From: Lama guanicoe
Lineage: Eukaryota
NCBI GenBank assembly: GCA_013239625.1
Contig: MU053482.1
Span: forward strand, 1,339,168-1,403,167
Reading direction: 5' to 3'
Length of the DNA: 64,000 bases
Part shown: positions 63,666 through 64,000 of the stretch, one piece after another
Layout: every line of letters starts with the position of its first letter
Numbering within the stretch: position 1 is the first letter of the stretch
Notes under the pieces: generated by a model
Databases searched by the model: none
The model's input: only the letters and a program-made list of their open reading frames with translations
What the model was told of the DNA's origin: nothing
Translations under genes and position numbers: made by a program

Positions 63666-64000
63666 TAAGTCTAAGAACCTCAAGAAGACCCATATCCCAT
63701 CAATCCAAAGAAAATCTCTACTAGTCCCTTGGAATGCATCGTTCTAGAGTTCTTATTCTGGATATTTATATTCTGAGTTGGACAGAAATGAGTGGCATAA
63801 AAGAAGTCAGCCTCCCCTGCCCTTTAAATTAGGAAAAATAGACCAAAACCTTTTCAAGATGCAAAAACAGACGTAAAATGTTCTGGAAGGTATTAAAATT
63901 ATCAATAAAAAGCAATGGGTGGAAATACTCATGTTTGACCAAATTTATCATTTCCACTAAATTGTTATGTTCACAATTGTATTTCAAGTCAATTTGGTTT

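Noticed and set aside
57200..64000. Exons of a further neighbouring gene upstream of CYB5R2
   Set aside because: Only repeats (L1, L2, MLT1) and unremarkable sequence; no exon could be supported
1..64000. Prokaryote-type systems (CRISPR arrays, operons, defence islands)
   Set aside because: The sequence is spliced mammalian DNA; no regularly spaced repeat-spacer structure was seen

Overview
Mammalian genomic DNA, most likely a camelid: four tRNA-Ala-derived SINEs of the Vic-1 type are present. The + strand carries the 3' part of PPFIBP2 (liprin-beta2): coiled-coil, linker and triple-SAM exons from 8501 to 43744, with the 5' exons upstream of the window. The - strand carries a complete, convergent CYB5R2 (NADH-cytochrome b5 reductase 2; 9 coding exons, 56470 to 44303) with its CpG-island promoter. 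Exons were placed by hand from GT/AG sites and phase continuity; nearly all ORF-track entries are intronic noise. Best leads: (1) a 7-codon first exon spliced in frame to a hydrophobic segment, predicting a 305-aa membrane-anchored CYB5R2 as well as the 276-aa soluble form; (2) a decayed two-LTR endogenous retrovirus filling CYB5R2 intron 1 next to the CpG island; (3) unexplained in-frame PPFIBP2 exons (a coiled-coil alternative exon, a 33-nt RSxSxP microexon, a 24-nt candidate microexon) and two alternative C-termini. No wholly new biological system is supported. Gene and repeat identities come from recognition and were not checked by database search.
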